From NCBI GenBank assembly GCA_963777955.1, contig CAVZSQ010000019.1, forward strand, positions 384,001 to 448,000: a DNA stretch of 64,000 nucleotides, written 5' to 3'. The notes under the pieces are model-generated. The model saw nothing but the letters and a program-made list of their open reading frames with translations. It was not told the origin of the DNA and searched no databases. Shown piece by piece: positions 21,192 through 31,465 of the stretch. The position numbers and the translations under genes are program-made. Position 1 is the stretch's first letter. Each line of letters opens with the position of its first letter. Source of the stretch: Calditrichia bacterium. GTDB taxonomy: Bacteria; Calditrichota; Calditrichia; JAJRVZ01.

Positions 21192-22304
21192 ATGAGTACG
21201 GCGGCAAAAAAAGAGTCGGTAAAAACCGTTGCGGTGGCCATGAGTGGTGGTGTAGACAGTTCAGTAGCAGCTGTTTTACTGAAAGAACAGGGATACCGGG
21301 TGATCGGCATCACGATGAAATTATGGGATTATGCCGAGGTCGGCGGTAATATTAATCATGAGAGCGGCTGCTGTTCTATGGATTCAATTAATGATGCCCG
21401 TACGGTTTGTTCATCCGTCGACATACCTCATTATCTTTTTAATCTCAGCGATCAATTCCAGCAGCAGGTCATACAGGACTTCATCAATGAATATACCGCC
21501 GGACGTACACCCAATCCCTGTGTACTATGCAATAGCAGAATAAAATGGAAATCGATGTTCGAAGGGGCACAAAAATTAGGTGCAGATTTCATGGCTACCG
21601 GCCATTATGCCCGGATTTTCTATAATTCTGTCAATGAACGTTACGAACTCCACCGTGCCGTCGATACCAGGAAGGACCAATCCTATGCCCTGTGGAGACT
21701 GCAACAGGACGATCTGGCCCATACGATCTTTCCCCTGGGACAGTTGACCAAGGCACAGGTCAGAGACCTGGCCAGAAAATATAATCTGCCCACGGCCGAG
21801 AAAAAAGAAAGCCAGGAGATATGTTTTATTCCGGATGACAATTATCACCGCCTGATCAAAGATAAGCATCTGGAAATCAGCCGCGGAGAAATGATCGACA
21901 CAAACGGTACGCTGATTGGTTCCCATCAGGGTTACCCCTTCTATACCATCGGTCAGCGCCGCGGACTGGGTGGAGGATTCAAGGAACCGATGTATGTTGT
22001 GGATATCGATGCAGTGCAGAACCGGATCACCATCGGGAACGATTCTGCGCTTTATGCTCGTGAATTACTGGTTGAACAGGTAAATTGGCTGAGTTGTAAT
22101 GCACCTGACGAGCCGCTCGCTGCCATGGTAAAAATTCGCTATAATGATTCATTTCATGCCGGGACCTTGTATCCATGTGCAAACCGGGAAATCCGCATTA
22201 CCATGAATGATCCTGTTCGCGCGGTCACACCCGGACAATCGGCGGTTTTTTATAATGAGGATATTGTGCTGGGGGGGGGAATTATTAAGGCAAAGATAGT
22301 ATAA
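21192..22304 (+). CDS. mnmA: tRNA 2-thiouridylase
   Basis: AMSGGVDS, TPNPCVLCN, ATGHY, KDQSY, ESQEICF, TPGQ. Confidence 0.97.
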   Translation: MSTAAKKESVKTVAVAMSGGVDSSVAAVLLKEQGYRVIGITMKLWDYAEVGGNINHESGCCSMDSINDARTVCSSVDIPHYLFNLSDQFQQQVIQDFINEYTAGRTPNPCVLCNSRIKWKSMFEGAQKLGADFMATGHYARIFYNSVNERYELHRAVDTRKDQSYALWRLQQDDLAHTIFPLGQLTKAQVRDLARKYNLPTAEKKESQEICFIPDDNYHRLIKDKHLEISRGEMIDTNGTLIGSHQGYPFYTIGQRRGLGGGFKEPMYVVDIDAVQNRITIGNDSALYARELLVEQVNWLSCNAPDEPLAAMVKIRYNDSFHAGTLYPCANREIRITMNDPVRAVTPGQSAVFYNEDIVLGGGIIKAKIV

Positions 22305-22318
22305 GCACAAAGGCAATG

Positions 22319-22407
22319 ACCCTCCCCTTTATCCCCTCCCTTATGCATAAGGGAGGGGAAGGAGGGGTGGGTTACTCAGGTACTAAGGGACTCAGGTACT
22401 AAGGAAC
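22319..22407. repeat. C/G-rich hairpin element followed by 8-bp tandem repeats
   Basis: Perfect 28-bp palindrome TCCCCTCCCTTATGCATAAGGGAGGGGA (22332-22359), then actcaggt actaaggg actcaggt actaagga. Confidence 0.8.
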
Positions 22408-22440
22408 TTTAAATACAAATTAATAAAAGAAGATAAAACC

Positions 22441-23256
22441 ATGTCTGTCAATAACAATATTAAAAAAATCACCGTTCCTGCTATCGTGCAGATGAAGCAG
22501 AACCGTGAAAAAATTTCTGTGCTGACCGCTTATGATCATTTAATGGCCAGGATGCTTGACGATGCCGGACTGGATATCATACTGGTAGGCGATTCTGCCG
22601 GTATGGTTATCGCAGGCTTCGAGAGTACGCTTCCCGTAACGATGGATATGATGTTATACCACGTTGCAGCCGTACGGCGAGGTGTGCGGCGTGCTTTACT
22701 GGTAGCCGACATGCCCTTTCTTTCCTTTCAGGCCGGTATCGATACTGCAATATATAATGCCGGGCGATTTCTGCAGGAAGCCGGAGCCGAAGCCGTAAAA
22801 CTGGAGGGGGGCGAAGCGGTAGCCGAAATTGTGCATAAACTGGTGGGATATGGTATCCCGGTGATGGGACATCTCGGTTTGACACCGCAATCCATCAATC
22901 TATTCGGCGGTTATGGCCTGATAGGTAAAGAGGATAAAGCAGCAAATGTCCTGATGATGAATGCCCAGATCCTTGAGCAGGCGGGTATTTTTGCGCTGGT
23001 GCTGGAAAAAATCCCGGCTGCCCTGGCCAAAAAAATAACTAATAAATTAAAAATACCGACGATCGGTATCGGAGCTGGTAAATTCTGCGACGGACAGGTG
23101 CTGGTAACTCATGATATGCTGGGAATGTTCGAGCGATTCCAGCCGAAGTTCGCCCGCCGCTATGTAAACCTGGCCGAAGTGATGCGCAGCGCATTTGAAA
23201 AATACAGACAGGACGTAAAAACAGGCCAGTTCCCGAATGACGATGAAAGTTATTGA
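22441..23256 (+). CDS. panB: 3-methyl-2-oxobutanoate hydroxymethyltransferase
   Basis: LTAYD, ILVGDS, VKLEGG, GHLGLTPQ. Confidence 0.97.
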   Translation: MSVNNNIKKITVPAIVQMKQNREKISVLTAYDHLMARMLDDAGLDIILVGDSAGMVIAGFESTLPVTMDMMLYHVAAVRRGVRRALLVADMPFLSFQAGIDTAIYNAGRFLQEAGAEAVKLEGGEAVAEIVHKLVGYGIPVMGHLGLTPQSINLFGGYGLIGKEDKAANVLMMNAQILEQAGIFALVLEKIPAALAKKITNKLKIPTIGIGAGKFCDGQVLVTHDMLGMFERFQPKFARRYVNLAEVMRSAFEKYRQDVKTGQFPNDDESY

Positions 23257-24085
23257 ATCTGTAGCCGGGATGATGGAATTTTCCCGGCAATTGCATCTGC
23301 AGCATCAGCGCATCGGACTCGTGCCCACTATGGGATATCTGCATGAAGGACACCTGAGTTTGATACGTCTGGTCAGGGAAAAAAGTGACCGCGTGGTGGT
23401 CAGTATATTTGTAAACCCCAGCCAGTTTGCAGCGGGTGAGGACTTCGAAAAATATCCCCGTGATTTGGAACGCGATCAAAGTCTTTGCCGGCAGGAAGGG
23501 GTAGACTGCCTTTTTCACCCGGCTGCGGCAGAAATGTATTCATCCGCGCACCGGACATCCGTAATCACCGACCAATTGGCCGATAAACTGTGCGGTCTCA
23601 GCCGGCCGACCCATTTTCAGGGGGTGACTACAATAGTGGCCAAACTTTTTAATATTATTCAACCGGATGTTGCTGTCTTCGGGCAGAAGGATGCTCAACA
23701 GAGTTTGATCATCCGGCGGATGGTCAGCGATCTGAACTTTCCAGTGCAGATACTGGTGGCCCCGATTATACGGGAAACAGACGGACTGGCTTTGAGTTCA
23801 CGCAACAAATACCTGTCCCCTGTTCAGCGTGCAGTAGCCCCGGTACTTTATCAGGCTCTGCAGGAAGCAGAACATTTGATTCGGGTTGGAGAAACCAGCG
23901 GCAATAAAATAAAAGCAGCCATGATGGCTATGATTCAGGCAGTGCCGGAGGCCAGGTTGGATTACCTGGCTATCGTAGATTTTCAGCAGTTAGAGCCGGT
24001 TCAGAAGATTGTCCCCGGGACGCTCATAGCAGTGGCCGCATATTTTGGAGCCACCCGGCTTATTGACAATATTATAGTTACCTGA
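23243..24085 (+). CDS. panC: Pantoate--beta-alanine ligase
   Basis: VPTMGYLHEGH, FGQKD, GLALSSRN, RLIDN. Confidence 0.97.
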   Translation: MKVIESVAGMMEFSRQLHLQHQRIGLVPTMGYLHEGHLSLIRLVREKSDRVVVSIFVNPSQFAAGEDFEKYPRDLERDQSLCRQEGVDCLFHPAAAEMYSSAHRTSVITDQLADKLCGLSRPTHFQGVTTIVAKLFNIIQPDVAVFGQKDAQQSLIIRRMVSDLNFPVQILVAPIIRETDGLALSSRNKYLSPVQRAVAPVLYQALQEAEHLIRVGETSGNKIKAAMMAMIQAVPEARLDYLAIVDFQQLEPVQKIVPGTLIAVAAYFGATRLIDNIIVT

Positions 24086-24147
24086 AGAATAATTTTTGAA
24101 AACCTAATGTTTTATTAACGAAATATCACAGCGGAATAGCAAGGAGA

Positions 24148-24906
24148 ATGAGAGTGCAAAAGTTTTCTACCCTGATTATGGCAGCTGGAAAAGGCACGCG
24201 GATGAAATCGGATTTAGCCAAGGTATTACACCAGATCAATGACCGGCCCATGGTTCATTATGTAATCGATCAGGCCCGCGAGGTCGGATCGGAAAAAGTG
24301 ATATTGATCATCGGGCATCAAAAAGAAGATGTTCAGAAAGCCTGCCGGATTATGAACGTGGAGTTCGTAATCCAGGAACCACAACTGGGCACAGGGCATG
24401 CCGTGATGATGGCCGAAAGTTTCCTCAGATCATACGATGGCGACGTCCTGGTACTCTCCGGAGATGTTCCCTTACTATCGACCGGAACGATCCGTGAGCT
24501 GGTCTGCGCACATCAACAGGCCCGGGCAATCACTACTCTGCTTACCTCGGAACTGGATGATCCCAGCGGTTATGGCCGGGTTATCCGTGATTCCACCGGC
24601 CGCGTGGTAAAAATCGTTGAACAAAAAGATGCCAGCGCGGAAGAATTGAAGGTAAAAGAAATAAATGTCGGTATATATATGTTCAGACCGAAAGAACTGG
24701 TCGACGCGTTGAAACAGATCAATAATAAAAATGCCCAGGGCGAGTATTATCTGCCGGATGTGGTTAAACTTTATGTACAGCAGGGAGAAAAAGTAGTAGC
24801 GCAACTGGCTGCAAATTTTGACGAAACCCGCGGTATTAATACGATACAACAGTTAAAAGAGGCGGAAACTATTCTAAAGCAGCGCAGTATAATAAAAAAG
24901 AGTTGA
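24148..24906 (+). CDS. Sugar-phosphate nucleotidyltransferase (GlmU N-terminal domain only)
   Basis: MAAGKGTRMKS, QLGTGHAV, GDVPL, EYYLPD. No hexapeptide acetyltransferase domain. Confidence 0.88.
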   Translation: MRVQKFSTLIMAAGKGTRMKSDLAKVLHQINDRPMVHYVIDQAREVGSEKVILIIGHQKEDVQKACRIMNVEFVIQEPQLGTGHAVMMAESFLRSYDGDVLVLSGDVPLLSTGTIRELVCAHQQARAITTLLTSELDDPSGYGRVIRDSTGRVVKIVEQKDASAEELKVKEINVGIYMFRPKELVDALKQINNKNAQGEYYLPDVVKLYVQQGEKVVAQLAANFDETRGINTIQQLKEAETILKQRSIIKKS

Positions 24907-24960
24907 CATTAAGAAGTTAAGTTTATATTTTTTTGGTAATTAATAGTATTGAGAGGACCT

Positions 24961-25464
24961 ATGAAGCAATTAAGATTATTGGTTATGCTATTTATCATTC
25001 TGCCCATAGCCGTATTGGGACAACTTAAAAAGGACGTCAGCAAACCCAATATCTCCAACACTTTGAATGCGGCTGCTTATGCCAATGGTCTGCTGGGATT
25101 CCTGGATCCCTCCCGTTTTACCATACAGCACAGTTTTTCGATGTCCTATATGGCCTTGGGCGGCGGGGGGATGATGGTCAATACCTACATGAATACGTTG
25201 AATTACCGCTTCAGCGATAAATTATTCCTGACCACCAATCTGGGGATTATGAATTCACCTTACAATTCTTTTGCTGCAAAAAATTCTCTGAATCAAACCC
25301 AGTTATTCGGTGGTGCTGAATTAAGATATGAACCGACAAAAAATACCGTTTTCTCGATACGTTTTGATTCTTCTCCCTTCATGTATCAACCGTATGCGCG
25401 TTCGCCGTTTTATGATATGAGTAATTTCACCTCCGCACCTGTTGCACCTGCTGTTAGGCAGTGA
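24961..25464 (+). CDS. Hypothetical exported protein
   Basis: Signal peptide, beta-strand-rich, GAGG RBS. Confidence 0.7.
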   Translation: MKQLRLLVMLFIILPIAVLGQLKKDVSKPNISNTLNAAAYANGLLGFLDPSRFTIQHSFSMSYMALGGGGMMVNTYMNTLNYRFSDKLFLTTNLGIMNSPYNSFAAKNSLNQTQLFGGAELRYEPTKNTVFSIRFDSSPFMYQPYARSPFYDMSNFTSAPVAPAVRQ

Positions 25465-25540
25465 CAGGCAATCAGGTCTAATTTTAATAAAGTAAAACCA
25501 ATCTCATATTGAATAATTAATCAGGTGAAATAAAATCGAG

Positions 25541-26158
25541 TTGCGCAGAAGAAGAAGACATTCCACTCAATTTTTCAGGTCAGACACCAATTCCTCAAAG
25601 TATCCCCAGGCAGTCAGGTCCAAGAAGAAAAGTCTGCTGCGCTATCTTATATATTTTTTACTGCTAGGCGTTGTCGGCCTGCTAGCATACTATGCCTATC
25701 AAAACTTTTATTACCCCCAGGCGGCGCAGGTAAATAAGGAAGAAAGCGTAAATAAAACATCCGATTTACCGGATGCTGCTGCCCTTACCTCGAAGCGGGC
25801 AGAGGAAACTCCGGAACCGCCCGTGCAGGAAAAGATACAGGTCGAAATATTGAATGGCTGCGGAAAAGAGGGGGTAGCCAAAATTTTTCAGACGTATTTA
25901 CAGCAACAAGGCTTCGATGTTATCAATGCAGAAAATTATATCGAAAACGGCAATCGACGCTGGGATGTTCCTGCCTCAAAGGTAATCGTCCGGACCGGAG
26001 ATATTGAATCGGCTCAGGCTGTGGCCAAATCACTGGGCATCTCTATTCAGAAAGTAGAATCAAAACCCGATCCTAATGCGCTGTATGATATAAGTGTCGT
26101 GCTGGGTCGTGATTACATGCTGCTTAAAGCCCTGACGGCGGCTAATAATAACAGATAG
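25541..26158 (+). CDS. LytR C-terminal domain membrane protein
   Basis: TM, VEILNGCG..GVA, DISVVLGRDY. Confidence 0.85.
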   Translation: MRRRRRHSTQFFRSDTNSSKYPQAVRSKKKSLLRYLIYFLLLGVVGLLAYYAYQNFYYPQAAQVNKEESVNKTSDLPDAAALTSKRAEETPEPPVQEKIQVEILNGCGKEGVAKIFQTYLQQQGFDVINAENYIENGNRRWDVPASKVIVRTGDIESAQAVAKSLGISIQKVESKPDPNALYDISVVLGRDYMLLKALTAANNNR

Positions 26159-26166
26159 GAAAGGAT

Positions 26167-26544
26167 TTGAACCCCAAAGAATTTGCTTATAAAATTGCCA
26201 GACTGGGTCTGGAGAAAAAAGGCCGGCAGATTGTAGTGATCGATTTAAGGAAAGTATCCAATATCGCCGACTTTTTTGTAATCATGAGCGGTAGTTCGGA
26301 TACGCAGATCAAGGCTCTGGCCGACCATATCACCAAGAAACTTAAAGATGAAAAAATAAAAATTTACCATAAAGAGGGCTTTCAATCGCTGCGCTGGGTG
26401 CTGCTGGATTATGTGGAAGTAATCGTGCATATTTTCCAGAGCGAGACCCGGGAATTTTACGGTTTGGAGCGTTTGTGGGGTGATGCGAAACTTGAATTTG
26501 TAATGGATGACGAAAATGAACGCCGAACAGTACATTCTAAGTGA
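26167..26544 (+). CDS. rsfS: Ribosome silencing factor
   Basis: ADFFVI, QIKALAD, WVLLDY, REFYGLERLWGDA. Confidence 0.95.
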   Translation: MNPKEFAYKIARLGLEKKGRQIVVIDLRKVSNIADFFVIMSGSSDTQIKALADHITKKLKDEKIKIYHKEGFQSLRWVLLDYVEVIVHIFQSETREFYGLERLWGDAKLEFVMDDENERRTVHSK

Positions 26545-28150
26545 ACTAGCCCGGTATTTACAGCTACATAACTTCACTTCCTGCACACCTCAATTAGAAA
26601 AACCCAAGCAAAAAGCATTCGGCGATTTTACCACCAATTTAGCCTTGCAATTGGCGGCCCGGTTGCAAAAAAAACCCATCGATATCGCCCGGGAAATCGT
26701 GCAGTTTATCGATAAACCGGCTCAGTTCCTGAAAAAAGTGGAAATCGCCGGTCCGGGTTTTGTTAATTTTTTTATTTCCGATACTTCTATTTATCAGCAA
26801 CTGCTCGAAATTTTAAATCTGCAGCAGGAGTATGGCCAGGCAAATATCGGGCAGGGGAAAAAAACCCAGGTTGAATTCATCAGTGCCAATCCTACCGGTC
26901 CCCTGACCATCGGTCACGGCCGGCAGGCTGTACTGGGTGACACAATTGCGCGGCTGCTGGAAGCGACCGGACACCAGATCACCCGGGAATACTATTATAA
27001 TAACGCCGGCCGGCAGATGCGCATACTGGGCGATTCGGTACGCCGGCGATACCTGCAGTTGCTGGGTGATACGGCAGAGTTCCCGGAAGATTATTACCAG
27101 GGTGATTATATCATCGATATCGCCCGGCAGATTGTTTCTGAAAAAGGCGATGCACTGCGTGAAGAAAGCGATCTCTCCTTCTTCAAGGCCAGGGCAGAAA
27201 ACGCTGTATTTACAGACATTAAAAAAACCATCGGCCGCCTGGGCATCAGCATGGATGTTTTTTATAATGAAAACTCGCTCTACGAACAGGGCAAAATAGA
27301 GGAAGTAATTTCCATACTTCGCGAAAAGGGGCTGGCGGCGGATCGTGATGGTGCGGTCTGGTTCCTGACCACCAAACTGGGTATGGATCAGGACCGGGTT
27401 ATCGTCAAGAGCAGCGGTGAACCTACTTATCGTCTGCCGGACATCGCCTATCACCGTGAAAAATTCAGACGCGGTTTTGAATTGATCGTTGATATTTTCG
27501 GTGCCGACCATATTGCCACCTACCCTGATGTATTACTGGGCCTTGAAGCGCTGGGTTATGATAAAAGTAAAGTCCAGGTGCTGATCCATCAATTTGTAAC
27601 CCTGATGGAAGGCAGTTCTAAAATCAAGATGTCCACCCGTAAAGCCAATTTTGTCACCCTGGATGAATTGATGGATGAAGTCGGTGAAGATGTTACCCGC
27701 TTTTTTTTCCTGATGCGGCATATGAACAGTCATTTGAATTTTGATCTGACCTTGGCTAAAAATCAATCAGACGAAAATCCGGTTTACTATGTGCAATACG
27801 CGCACGCCCGGATCTGCAGTATTATCCGTTTTGGCCAGGAGCAGGGTATTACTTTTCTGGAAAATGCTGAACTCGCTCTATTGCAAAAACAGGAAGAAAT
27901 CGAACTGATCAAACACCTGGCAGTCTTTCCGGAGGTGCTGGCCGACAGCGCTTCGACTTTTGAGCCGCACCGCCTGGTAACCTATCTGATCGAAACCGCT
28001 ACCCTGTTTCATAAGTTCTATACCGAGCAGCGGGTCATCACCGAAGAAAAATCAATTACCCAGGCCCGGCTGGCGCTCTGTGCCGCCACGCAAACCGTAC
28101 TGGCTAATGGTTGTAAGTTACTCGGCATTAAGGCCCCGACCCGAATGTAA
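26507..28150 (+). CDS. argS: Arginine--tRNA ligase
   Basis: EFISANPTGPLTIGHGR, GADH, KMSTR, YVQYAHARI, C-terminal RM. Start may be 26516. Confidence 0.96.
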   Translation: MTKMNAEQYILSELARYLQLHNFTSCTPQLEKPKQKAFGDFTTNLALQLAARLQKKPIDIAREIVQFIDKPAQFLKKVEIAGPGFVNFFISDTSIYQQLLEILNLQQEYGQANIGQGKKTQVEFISANPTGPLTIGHGRQAVLGDTIARLLEATGHQITREYYYNNAGRQMRILGDSVRRRYLQLLGDTAEFPEDYYQGDYIIDIARQIVSEKGDALREESDLSFFKARAENAVFTDIKKTIGRLGISMDVFYNENSLYEQGKIEEVISILREKGLAADRDGAVWFLTTKLGMDQDRVIVKSSGEPTYRLPDIAYHREKFRRGFELIVDIFGADHIATYPDVLLGLEALGYDKSKVQVLIHQFVTLMEGSSKIKMSTRKANFVTLDELMDEVGEDVTRFFFLMRHMNSHLNFDLTLAKNQSDENPVYYVQYAHARICSIIRFGQEQGITFLENAELALLQKQEEIELIKHLAVFPEVLADSASTFEPHRLVTYLIETATLFHKFYTEQRVITEEKSITQARLALCAATQTVLANGCKLLGIKAPTRM

Positions 28151-28160
28151 GGAGAGGCGG

Positions 28161-29061
28161 ATGGAAATCCTGGTAGTGGGTTCAGTCAGCTCTGGATAGC
28201 GTGGAAACACCCCATGGTGTTGTCCAGGATGTCAGCGGCGGTTCAGCACTATACTTCAGCATTGCGGCCAGCCTGTTTGCACCGGTGAATGTGGTGGCCG
28301 TAGTAGGACAGGATTTCGACTTTGCCCGGATCAATTTTGTCAATCAAAGAAAAATAAATATTGACGGCATCCAGGTTGTTGCTGGAAAAACTTTTCGCTG
28401 GGGCGGCCGCTATTATCAGAATTACAGCAAACGTGACACCTTATATACTCGACTCAATGTCTTCGAAAATTTTAAACCGGTGATACCCGACCGCTACCGT
28501 CAAAGTGAATATATCTTTCTGGCCAATATCGATCCACAATTACAATTAGAAGTCCTGCGGCAGGTTAAAAAGCCCCGCCTGGTCGTATTGGATACAATGA
28601 ACTTCTGGATCAGCGGAAAACCCGAACTCCTGCGGCAGGTTATTAAAAAGACAGATATCTTGATTCTCAACGATGAAGAAGCACAACAATTGACCCTGCA
28701 GAATAACCTGTTAACTGCCGGCAGGCAAATCCTGAAAATGGGTCCGCGATATCTGATCATAAAAAAAGGAGAACATGGCGCCGTCCTGTTCGGTCCTGAT
28801 CTGTATTTTTCAGCTCCCGCCTTTCCGGTAGACAAACTGATCGATCCCACCGGTGCGGGAGATTCGTTTGCCGGCGGATTCTTAGGTTATCTGGCCAAAA
28901 CGGGAAAGTCCGATGAAAATACCCTGCGCAAGGCGGTTATTTTCGGCAGTGCGGTCACTTCTTTTAACGTGGAAGATTTTTCCTTCAGCAGGCTTCAACA
29001 TCTGACCCGCAGCGAATTGCAGGAACGGATCAAAAAATTCAAGGAATTGACCAGATATTAA
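28161..29061 (+). CDS. PfkB family carbohydrate kinase, +1 frameshift near 28188
   Basis: MEILVVGSV/ALDSVETP after removing one base, GGSA, DPTGAGDSFAGG. Confidence 0.88.
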
Positions 29062-29088
29062 TTTAGTAGCAGCGGAGCCGCAGGGATT

Positions 29089-30255
29089 TTAATTGCCGCT
29101 TACGTCGGTAAGTTTCAGGTAAGGTATCACTGCTGTAAAAGTACTGCCCTTCCCTACTTCACTCTCCAATAAGAGAGTACCCTGATGGGACTCAAAAACA
29201 TCTTTAGCCAGGGTTAATCCCAGTCCGATGCCACCACCCAGAAATTCAGTTTTAGAAGTCATATGATTCATCGGATCCTGAATTTCATAGAATGGTTCAA
29301 ACACCAGACTTTGCTTATCCGGCGGGATACCGATACCGGTATCACTAACTTTAATCGAGGTTTTTTTATTTTTTTCATTCACCGAATATTGCAGGGTAAC
29401 CTTGCCGCCCTTGGGTGTGAATTTCAGTGCATTCTGCAGCAGTTCACGAATACTGCGTTTAATCCGGTCATAATCACCCTGCACGATCACATCCGGGTCA
29501 TCCAGACGGATGTCCAGATCGATGTTGCGGTTTTCAAACAGGACTTTCATTTCTTTATATATAATCAGCAGCAACTGTTTAATGTCCAGTTCGGTTATAT
29601 TCAACTTCTTCTTACCGTGATTAAAATTGGAAACATCATGCATATCTTCAATAATACAGACCAATTCTTTCATGGTTTCAGCGACCACCGAAAAAGCGTC
29701 ATTCAGATCGGCATTCTTTGAATCCTGCAGGTAATAATCGATTAATTCCAGGTATCCTTTCAGGACTGTCAGCGGGGTACGGAGTTCATGGTTGGTGATC
29801 GTAATAAACTTGTCCTTCATTTCGTTTAATTCTTTGAGCCGTTCATTAAGAGATTTCAACTCTTCATTTTCGCGTTTAGCCCGTTGTTGCTGGACGCATT
29901 TGGACAGTACGATGCGCACATGTTCGACATCCACCGGTTTGGTAAAATAATCATACGCGCCTACCTTCATCGCCTGGATGGCATTATCCAGTGTGGCAAA
30001 ACCGGTAATGACGATTACTTCCGTGTAGGGTTTGCTTTTTTTAATATAATTCAATACTTCCAGGCCATTCATTTCGGGCATGTACAAATCGGTAACCACG
30101 ATATCGAAATCCTGTTTAACTATTTTGGAAAGCCCTTCGCGGCCATTGGGCGCTGCTTCTACTTCATAGCCAAAATACTTAAACATGTCGATGTAAGATT
30201 CGCGGACCTGATCTTCATCCTCAATAACGAGTATTTTTGCTGCATTGCCAGTCAT
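29089..30255 (-). CDS. Hybrid receiver-histidine kinase (REC-HisKA-HATPase)
   Basis: ILVIEDE, TDLYMPEMNG, KP, NHELRTPL, NALKFT, DTGIGI, GIGLGL. Confidence 0.93.
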   Translation of the reverse strand: MTGNAAKILVIEDEDQVRESYIDMFKYFGYEVEAAPNGREGLSKIVKQDFDIVVTDLYMPEMNGLEVLNYIKKSKPYTEVIVITGFATLDNAIQAMKVGAYDYFTKPVDVEHVRIVLSKCVQQQRAKRENEELKSLNERLKELNEMKDKFITITNHELRTPLTVLKGYLELIDYYLQDSKNADLNDAFSVVAETMKELVCIIEDMHDVSNFNHGKKKLNITELDIKQLLLIIYKEMKVLFENRNIDLDIRLDDPDVIVQGDYDRIKRSIRELLQNALKFTPKGGKVTLQYSVNEKNKKTSIKVSDTGIGIPPDKQSLVFEPFYEIQDPMNHMTSKTEFLGGGIGLGLTLAKDVFESHQGTLLLESEVGKGSTFTAVIPYLKLTDVSGN

Positions 30256-30398
30256 GAAAAAACCTGTTGCCTGTATGCTGTAACTATTTATGACAGAAAA
30301 TAACTGTATATACCTCTTATAATTATAGACTATATTCGGCACAAATTTCCGCTTTTAAAGTGTATGGTGAATTTTTAGTCTTATTTATGAATAAATAC

Positions 30399-30647
30399 TT
30401 ACTTGGGACTTTTGGGATATTTAGAGATCAGTTGCCTGATTTTTTCCATCTCGCGATTGATATTATCCAGATAGCGTTTCATCTTGGGATCGTGATCTTT
30501 GGAAGATTCATGCAATAGAAACAAGGAAGTGCTTAATACATTGAGACGAGTACGTAGTTCTTCGATCAGAACATCGTATTCCAGCAGCAATCTATTAACC
30601 ATATTTTTCTCTACTTCCATTTCGGATTTATTCAAACTGACTGCCAC
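30399..30647 (-). CDS. Small protein resembling a standalone HisKA/DHp domain without the His
   Basis: IEELRTRLNVLSTSLFLL...KRYLDNINREMEKIRQLI, AAAGG RBS. Confidence 0.55.
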   Translation of the reverse strand: MAVSLNKSEMEVEKNMVNRLLLEYDVLIEELRTRLNVLSTSLFLLHESSKDHDPKMKRYLDNINREMEKIRQLISKYPKSPK

Positions 30648-30777
30648 AAAACACCTTTCAAAATTTTTGACCGACTAAGTCTGAACTTCCTCTTCAATTC
30701 AAAGATCATATGTATAATCGGTTCTTTTGCAAAGCACTTAAGGATAGGATGAAATTAGTTTGATAATTAACCAGCGG

Positions 30778-30893
30778 GTAGCCGCACCGTCAAGTCGCAG
30801 CCTTAAGGCTGCGCGTACCTGTCCCATTGCCCATTAAGCACTTCCGATCAGAAATCATGGAAGTCATATCGCAGGACGAAGTCCTGCGCCTAC
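30778..30893 (-). repeat. REP family A copies upstream of RAYT
   Basis: Partial GTAGCCGCACC (+, 30778), GTACGCGCAGCCTTAAGGCTGCG (-, 30796-30818), GTAGGCGCAGGACTTCGTCCTGCG (-, 30870-30893). Confidence 0.85.
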
Positions 30894-30978
30894 CACAATA
30901 AAATAATAAAATCATGTATATCTATATGAGGATCAGCTACAGTATTTGCTTCTTGATGTTTGTTCAGGAATACTGATA

Positions 30979-31443
30979 ATGAAAAAAATAATTGAAAAGA
31001 AACACAGATTACCAGTTCATTTTTATACAGGCAATGTCATTGTCGCATTTACTCTTTGTCTGAAAGGCAAAATTAAAGATTCTGTTAATAAATTCATTTA
31101 TGATAGTTTCAAAGATTTATTATTTACTGAAGCAAAATCACACAATTGTATGGTTTTAATATATTTATTTATGCCGGATCATTGTCATATACTGCTTAAA
31201 GGGGACAGCAAAGATTGCAATCTATTGTATATAATGAATCGATTTAAACAAAAATCAGGGTACTGGTTGTCGAAAAATTTCCCTGATATCAGATGGCATA
31301 AAAACTACTATGATCAAATTTTAAGAGATAAACGCGAGTTGATTAGACAGATGAATTATATTTTAAATAATCCTGTTAGAAAAAAATTGGTCAGTAACTG
31401 GAGAGAATATCCATACAAAGATTCAACCTTATATAAGATTTGA
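30979..31443 (+). mobile_element. REP-associated tyrosine transposase (RAYT/TnpA-REP, IS200-like HUH Y1)
   Basis: FTLC, YLFMPDHCHILL (HUH), RFKQKS, WHKNYYDQILR, NYILNNPVRKKL, WREYPY. AT-rich and flanked by REPs. Confidence 0.88.
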
Positions 31444-31465
31444 TTAAAGTACAAACACCACAATC

